Shown here piece by piece: positions 48,388 to 53,458 of a stretch of DNA of 53,458 nucleotides (within the stretch, counting starts at the first letter, position 1; every line of letters begins with the position of its first letter). This stretch comes from Ruminococcus sp. UBA1780 (GTDB lineage Bacteria > Bacillota > Clostridia > Oscillospirales > Ruminococcaceae), in contig DCGK01000095.1 of assembly GCA_002315235.1 (NCBI GenBank), positions 1 through 53,458 on the forward strand. The letters run 5' to 3'. The translations under genes were made by a program, and so were the position numbers. The notes under the pieces were generated by a model. The model had not been told where the DNA came from, did not search any database, and saw only the letters and a program-made list of their open reading frames with translations.

Positions 48388-48426
48388 AACAGTCATTACA
48401 GCATATATTTCAGTAGGTTAAACTAC

Positions 48427-48455
48427 TTGAAATATATGCTTTTTTATGGTAAAAT
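48427..48455 (+). promoter_or_regulatory. SigA promoter of ftsY
   Basis: TTGAAA-17bp-TAAAAT with extended -10 TG; -35 lies in the 3' arm of a hairpin. Confidence 0.6.
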
Positions 48456-48488
48456 TGATTATGTATTTCAATATAACCAGGAGGTTTT

Positions 48489-50069
48489 ATGGGACTTTTC
48501 AGTAAAATTAAAGCAGGACTTCTGAAAACCAAGCAGCAGATGGTATCAAAAATCGCCAGACTGCTTCATTCATTTACAAAGATTGATGAAGACCTGTTTG
48601 AACAGCTTGAAGAAACTCTTATTATGAGCGATGTCGGAGTTGAAACATCACTTGAAATCTGTGACAGACTCAGAAAAAAGATAAAGGAAGAAGGAATTAC
48701 TGACCCTAAGCAGATAATGCGCCTTATTCACGAAATTGTCGCTGAAATGATGGGTGAGGATCAGGAACTTGATCTTTCGACGAAGCCGTCGGTAATAATG
48801 GTTATAGGCGTAAACGGTGCCGGCAAGACAACAACAATCGGCAAGCTGTGCCACAAGCTTAAGGGAGAGGGCAAAAAGGTTATTGTTGCAGCAGCGGATA
48901 CATTCAGAGCGGCTGCTATAGACCAGCTTCAGGTATGGACTGAAAGAGCCGGGGTTGATATAGTCAAGCATGCAGAGGGTTCGGATGCGGCGGCTGTTGT
49001 TTATGATGCGATTACAGCTGCAAAGGCAAGAAACTGCGATGTTGTTATTGTAGATACTGCCGGAAGACTTCATAACAAGAAAAATCTCATGGATGAGCTT
49101 GCGAAGATTAACCGAATTGTTTCACAGCAGGCTGAGGGCTGTTCAAGGGAAATCCTTCTTGTGCTCGATGCCACGACAGGCCAGAATGCGGTAAATCAGG
49201 CAAGACTTTTCAAGGAAGCAGCAGATATTACAGGTATCGTTCTTACAAAGCTTGACGGTACAGCCAAGGGCGGTATCGTTATTTCAATAAAAAATGAACT
49301 TGACATTCCTGTAAAGCTTATCGGACTTGGTGAAAAAATTGACGATCTTCAGGATTTCAACAGCAAGGACTTTGTAAACGCACTCTTCGGAGATGAGGTT
49401 CTTGACGGAGAAATCAATTTTGATGATGAAGTATCAGATGATAACGGCGAATCAGCAGAAGAATCAGCGGAAACCGGGGCTGAGACTGCGGAAGATATTA
49501 CGGAAACTGTGGCTGAAGAAGCAGCAGAAGAAGCTTCTGAAGCAATCACGGAACCTGCGACTGAAGCTTCAGAAGAGACCGTAGTACAGGCTGCAGAGGA
49601 GATTACTGAACCGGCAGCTGAGGAAAATGCTGAAGAAACATCGGAACCAGTGTGCGAATCAGCTGAACAGGTTACTGAAACAGCTGCAGAAATCACAGAA
49701 CCGGTTGCTGAAGCTGTCACAGAGACTTCTGAACCGGCTGAAGAGACAGCAGCAGAGATTACAGAGCCGGTAACGGAAGAAGTACCTGAAGAATCAGCTG
49801 AACCGGCTGCAGAAGAAATCACAGAACCTGCAGAAGAAACTGAAGAACCGGCATCCGGAGCTGCTGAAGATACATCAGAGCCTTCAGCTGAAACTACTGA
49901 AGCGCCTGCTGAACCGGCTGCAGAAACTGCGGAAGAAAATACAGAATCATCTGATGACTCAGCTTCAGAAGAAAATGCTGAAGAACAGAATGAAGAAACA
50001 CCGGAAGAACCTGAAGAAGGCAAAAAGAAAAAATCATTCTTCGATTTCTTCAGAAGAAAAAAGAAATAA
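48489..50069 (+). CDS. ftsY: SRP receptor FtsY with long acidic C-terminal extension
   Basis: GVNGAGKTTTIGKL, DTFRAAA, DTAGRL, TKLDGTAKGG; about 220 aa Glu/Ala/Thr/Pro tail. Confidence 0.95.
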   Translation: MGLFSKIKAGLLKTKQQMVSKIARLLHSFTKIDEDLFEQLEETLIMSDVGVETSLEICDRLRKKIKEEGITDPKQIMRLIHEIVAEMMGEDQELDLSTKPSVIMVIGVNGAGKTTTIGKLCHKLKGEGKKVIVAAADTFRAAAIDQLQVWTERAGVDIVKHAEGSDAAAVVYDAITAAKARNCDVVIVDTAGRLHNKKNLMDELAKINRIVSQQAEGCSREILLVLDATTGQNAVNQARLFKEAADITGIVLTKLDGTAKGGIVISIKNELDIPVKLIGLGEKIDDLQDFNSKDFVNALFGDEVLDGEINFDDEVSDDNGESAEESAETGAETAEDITETVAEEAAEEASEAITEPATEASEETVVQAAEEITEPAAEENAEETSEPVCESAEQVTETAAEITEPVAEAVTETSEPAEETAAEITEPVTEEVPEESAEPAAEEITEPAEETEEPASGAAEDTSEPSAETTEAPAEPAAETAEENTESSDDSASEENAEEQNEETPEEPEEGKKKKSFFDFFRRKKK

Positions 50070-50086
50070 GATAAGGATAACAGACT

Positions 50087-50674
50087 ATGAAAGTAATTCT
50101 TGCATCAAACAACAGGCATAAGCTTGAGGAAATAAAAAAGATTCTTTCACCTATGGGTTACGAGGTTGTATCACAGGCTGATGCCGGATGTAACATCGAT
50201 GTGGAGGAAACAGGCACAACATTTGAAGAAAACGCGTCACTTAAGGCAAGAGCTGTATATGAAATGACAAAGACAGCTGTTATTTCTGATGACAGCGGAC
50301 TTGAGGTCGATTATCTTAATGGTGCTCCGGGCGTATTTTCACACAGATATGCAGGTGAAAATGCAACTGATGCAGACAGATGCGCAAAGCTTCTTTCAGA
50401 GCTCAGCGGAGTATCCGGAGACAGACGTACAGCAAGATTTGTATGTGTACTCTGCTTTATCGATGAAAACGGTAAGGGAACAGTAATCAGAGGAACATGC
50501 GAAGGTATTATAGGAACTGAACCGCGCGGTGAAAACGGATTTGGATATGATCCGGTGTTTATGTACGGTGACAGGTCATTTGCTGAAATTTCTGCTGAGG
50601 AAAAGAACTCAGTAAGTCACAGAGCAGATGCATTAAGAAAATTTTCCGAAACAATTAGAGAAATGAAAGGCTGA
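50087..50674 (+). CDS. rdgB: Non-canonical purine NTP pyrophosphatase
   Basis: ASNNRHKL, ETGTTFEENA, DDSGL, GFGYDP, SHR. Confidence 0.95.
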   Translation: MKVILASNNRHKLEEIKKILSPMGYEVVSQADAGCNIDVEETGTTFEENASLKARAVYEMTKTAVISDDSGLEVDYLNGAPGVFSHRYAGENATDADRCAKLLSELSGVSGDRRTARFVCVLCFIDENGKGTVIRGTCEGIIGTEPRGENGFGYDPVFMYGDRSFAEISAEEKNSVSHRADALRKFSETIREMKG

Positions 50675-50678
50675 TAAT

Positions 50679-50972
50679 ATGCTTACAAGTAAACAGAGAT
50701 CCGCATTAAGAGGAATAGCCAGTACCTACGAAACAATTTTCCAGGTTGGAAAGAACGGTATACAGGACACACTTATCGCACAGGTAAACGATGCACTCAG
50801 AGCCAGGGAACTTATCAAGCTCAGAGTACTTGACAACAGTCCTTACACTGCAAGGGAAGCAGCAGATGAAATAGCTGAAAAGACAGGTTCAGATGTTGTA
50901 CAGGTTGTCGGCAGCAGATTTGTTCTTTTTAAGAGAAATCCAAAGGATCCTGTAATCGACATCAAGCTCTGA
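50679..50972 (+). CDS. yhbY: YhbY/CRM RNA-binding protein
   Basis: LTSKQRSALR, QVGKNG, RELIKLRVL, VQVVG. Confidence 0.93.
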   Translation: MLTSKQRSALRGIASTYETIFQVGKNGIQDTLIAQVNDALRARELIKLRVLDNSPYTAREAADEIAEKTGSDVVQVVGSRFVLFKRNPKDPVIDIKL

Positions 50973-51583
50973 TGGCAAGGACAGGATTTTTCGGGGGAAC
51001 CTTTAACCCGATTCACAGGGGACATATTCATCTTGCGGAGGAGGCACGGAAGGCGCTGAAGCTGGACAGGCTGATTCTTGTTCCTGCAAACATTCCGCCT
51101 CACAAGGAAGCACATAATCTCTGTACCAGTGCCGAAAGATTTGAGATGTGCAGACTTGCGGCTGAGAATCATGAAGGATTCGAAGTATCTGATTTTGAAC
51201 TTAAACAGGGAGGAAAAAGCTATTCAGTATATACAGCTGAGCATTTTTCTGAAATTTATCCTGATGACGAACTGTTTATGATGGTCGGAAGCGACATGTT
51301 TCTGTGCTTTGACAAGTGGTACAGGTTTGAGGATATTCTGAAGAAGGTTACTCTTGCGGTTGTTTCCAGAGAATATGATGATATGGAAAGCCTGAAAAAA
51401 AAGTCTGATGAACTGTCTGCTTTCGGTAAAACAGTAATTGTAAACGCTGAGCCGTTTCCGCTTTCATCCACGGAGATAAGGAAGATGATAGCCGGCGGAC
51501 AAAATTATTCTTGCTATTTACCTGAAAAAGTAGTACAATATATAAGATTGAATAAATTATACGGAAATGCAGAATCTGACTGA
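50972..51583 (+). CDS. nadD: Nicotinate-nucleotide adenylyltransferase
   Basis: GGTFNPIHRGH, PPHK, VGSD, SSTEIR. Confidence 0.95.
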   Translation: MARTGFFGGTFNPIHRGHIHLAEEARKALKLDRLILVPANIPPHKEAHNLCTSAERFEMCRLAAENHEGFEVSDFELKQGGKSYSVYTAEHFSEIYPDDELFMMVGSDMFLCFDKWYRFEDILKKVTLAVVSREYDDMESLKKKSDELSAFGKTVIVNAEPFPLSSTEIRKMIAGGQNYSCYLPEKVVQYIRLNKLYGNAESD

Positions 51584-51643
51584 TTTTTCTGCTGAAAAAT
51601 CATCTGAATGACGCTTCCGGACATTTTGGGTTGGTGATTATAC

Positions 51644-52240
51644 TTGTTTGACGTGGAAAATATAAAGGATTTTCTTAAAAACCGTCTTTCAGAAAAAAGA
51701 TATACTCATTCTCTCAATGTTGCTGACGAATGCCGGAAACTTGCGCAGAGATATGACGAGGATGAGGAAAGGGCATATTTTGCCGGACTTGTTCATGATG
51801 TATGCAAGGAGGTTCCGGCTGAGGAACTCAGAAAGCTTGCAGAGGAGAGCAATCTTGATGTTTCTCCTGCTGAACTGGAAACAAAGGCTTTATGGCATGC
51901 TGTGGCCGGCGGCGCTTTTGTCAGGGATTCTCTGATGATTGAGGATGAAGACATTATCAGTGCTGTGCGTTTCCATACTATAGGCAGGGCCGGCATGTCA
52001 CGTCTTGAGGAAATAGTCTATATCGGAGATCTTGTATCTGCGGACAGAACATACAAGGATGTAAAAAAATTCAGAAAGCTTGCCTATCAGGATATGGATA
52101 AGGTGATGCTTGAGGCACTTGTTTTTTCAATCGAGTCTGTAACCGATAAAAAGGGACTTATTCCTGAATATACAATTGAAGCGTATAATTTCTACGTTTC
52201 AAAGGTATCAAAGGCATCCCAGGAAAGGAAGCAGTCATGA
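51644..52240 (+). CDS. yqeK: HD-domain Ap4A hydrolase
   Basis: KRYTHSLNV, GLVHDVCKE, AVRFHTIG; follows nadD. Confidence 0.9.
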   Translation: MFDVENIKDFLKNRLSEKRYTHSLNVADECRKLAQRYDEDEERAYFAGLVHDVCKEVPAEELRKLAEESNLDVSPAELETKALWHAVAGGAFVRDSLMIEDEDIISAVRFHTIGRAGMSRLEEIVYIGDLVSADRTYKDVKKFRKLAYQDMDKVMLEALVFSIESVTDKKGLIPEYTIEAYNFYVSKVSKASQERKQS

Positions 52241-53370
52241 TGAAAAGAAATAAATTCAGAATTTTCAGGGATGTTCTGATTCTTCTTGTTACGCTTGCTG
52301 TGCTGTTTTTTGTCGGAAAGGCAATGATCAGTTCGGTTGTTTCGGATAAAAAACCGTTTATTTCCGAAGATTCAGGTGAACTTGAGAAGGATACGAATAC
52401 ATATCTTCTCAAGCCGGCTGAACCTGAGATAATGTTTGACGGGCTGGATCTTAATCAGTATATAGAGGGACAGTATACCGTTCTGTGCCTTGGCATGGAT
52501 GAAAAAGGTCTTAATACTGACATTATTCTTCTTGCGGTATTTGACCTTAATGCTGCAAAGATAAATATTCTTCAGATTCCGCGTGACTGCTATGTCGGAT
52601 ATGAGTACACATATAACGATATAGGCAAAATCAACAGCGTATATGCTGAAGGTTCATGCAGCGGCTCAAACGGAATAAACAAGATGGTAACATGCATAAG
52701 AGACATGTTCGGTATTCCGATTGACAGCTATATCGGCATTAAGTGCACTGATGTACCTCCTGTTGTTGAAGCTATGGGCGGTATTCCTATTAATGTTCCG
52801 TATGATATCATTTACGAAGCAGACAAGATTATTTACAGGGGCGAACAGGTTCTTAACGGCGAGCAGTCAGAATGGTTTGTACGTTTCCGTCACGATTATC
52901 TTGAAGGTGATATTGCGAGAATAAGAGCACAGAGAATTTTCCTTGCAGCTGCAATGCAGAAGGTAAAGGATCTCGGAACTCTCAAAATTCTCAAGATATA
53001 TCCGACACTGAAAAAATACATCATGTCAGACCTTGAACTCAGAGAGATAGGCATGATAAGTGAATTTGCCCAGACAGTTCCTATGGAAAATGTCACTGTT
53101 CATATGGTTCCGGGCGAGGATCTTGTTCCGGGAGATATCAACGAATACTACGGTTATTCGGTTCATGAGCAGGAAACGGTTGATCTTCTTAACGAGTGCT
53201 TCAGACCGTATCAGGAGGAACTTTATGCTGAAGACCTGCATCTCTGCGAGGTTAAGCATACAGCTGAATACTATGATAATGACAGCAGCAATTTCGGTGA
53301 TATAGCAAACGGCAAGGTTCCTGAGGTTCCGTTCAGGGAAGATGCAAATACACTTGAGGATATGAATTAA
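52237..53370 (+). CDS. LCP (LytR-CpsA-Psr) family protein
   Basis: N-terminal TM; LGMD, NTDIILL, QIPRD, KINSVY, VRFRH..GDIARIRAQR. Confidence 0.9.
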   Translation: MMKRNKFRIFRDVLILLVTLAVLFFVGKAMISSVVSDKKPFISEDSGELEKDTNTYLLKPAEPEIMFDGLDLNQYIEGQYTVLCLGMDEKGLNTDIILLAVFDLNAAKINILQIPRDCYVGYEYTYNDIGKINSVYAEGSCSGSNGINKMVTCIRDMFGIPIDSYIGIKCTDVPPVVEAMGGIPINVPYDIIYEADKIIYRGEQVLNGEQSEWFVRFRHDYLEGDIARIRAQRIFLAAAMQKVKDLGTLKILKIYPTLKKYIMSDLELREIGMISEFAQTVPMENVTVHMVPGEDLVPGDINEYYGYSVHEQETVDLLNECFRPYQEELYAEDLHLCEVKHTAEYYDNDSSNFGDIANGKVPEVPFREDANTLEDMN

Positions 53371-53438
53371 AAGTACACAATACAACCATGGAATCACTGG
53401 TGCAGACCATTGTTTCCTGAACTGAAAGGATTGATATA

Positions 53439-53458
53439 ATGGAAATACAGGAAAAGCT
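53439..53458 (+). CDS. Start of next gene (partial), possibly ribosome silencing factor by synteny
   Basis: AAAGGA RBS then ATG GAA ATA CAG GAA AAG; identity inferred only from nadD-yqeK-LCP-rsfS order. Confidence 0.35.

Noticed and set aside
42870-48400. Prophage, ICE or transposon call for the smc-ftsY insert
   Set aside because: No integrase, transposase, relaxase, phage genes or flanking target duplication found
49349-50023. 224-aa Ser/Ala-rich ORF antisense to the ftsY tail
   Set aside because: Mirror of GAA/GCT-rich repeats; no RBS or recognisable domain

Overview
53.5 kb of chromosome from a low-GC Firmicute. Cohesin/dockerin genes and gene order suggest a cellulosome-producing Ruminococcus-like organism (inference). 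The window opens with the end of a dockerin gene and a 4-cohesin + dockerin scaffoldin. Housekeeping blocks follow: aroB-aroA-aroC; yloC-remA-gmk-rpoZ-priA-def-fmt-rsmB-rlmN-PP2C-prkC-rsgA plus a second prkC paralog; infC-rpmI-rplT with L20 leader; dprA-topA-trmFO-plsX-rnc-smc; ftsY-rdgB-yhbY-nadD-yqeK-LCP. Two accessory patches stand out. One (24.6-29.5 kb) has a secreted half-dockerin miniprotein and a TetR/YhgE-Pip pair. The other is a ~5.6 kb insert splitting smc from ftsY: an ECF sigma/anti-sigma pair, an AAA+ ATPase-nuclease (DUF4143-like) preceded by three 21-bp boxes at 33-bp period, and an MNT-HEPN toxin-antitoxin pair whose promoter is a 42/46 copy of the ATPase promoter. FtsY carries its acidic domain at the C-terminus. 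No tRNA, rRNA, CRISPR array or transposase was seen. All calls are by eye; no database searches were run.
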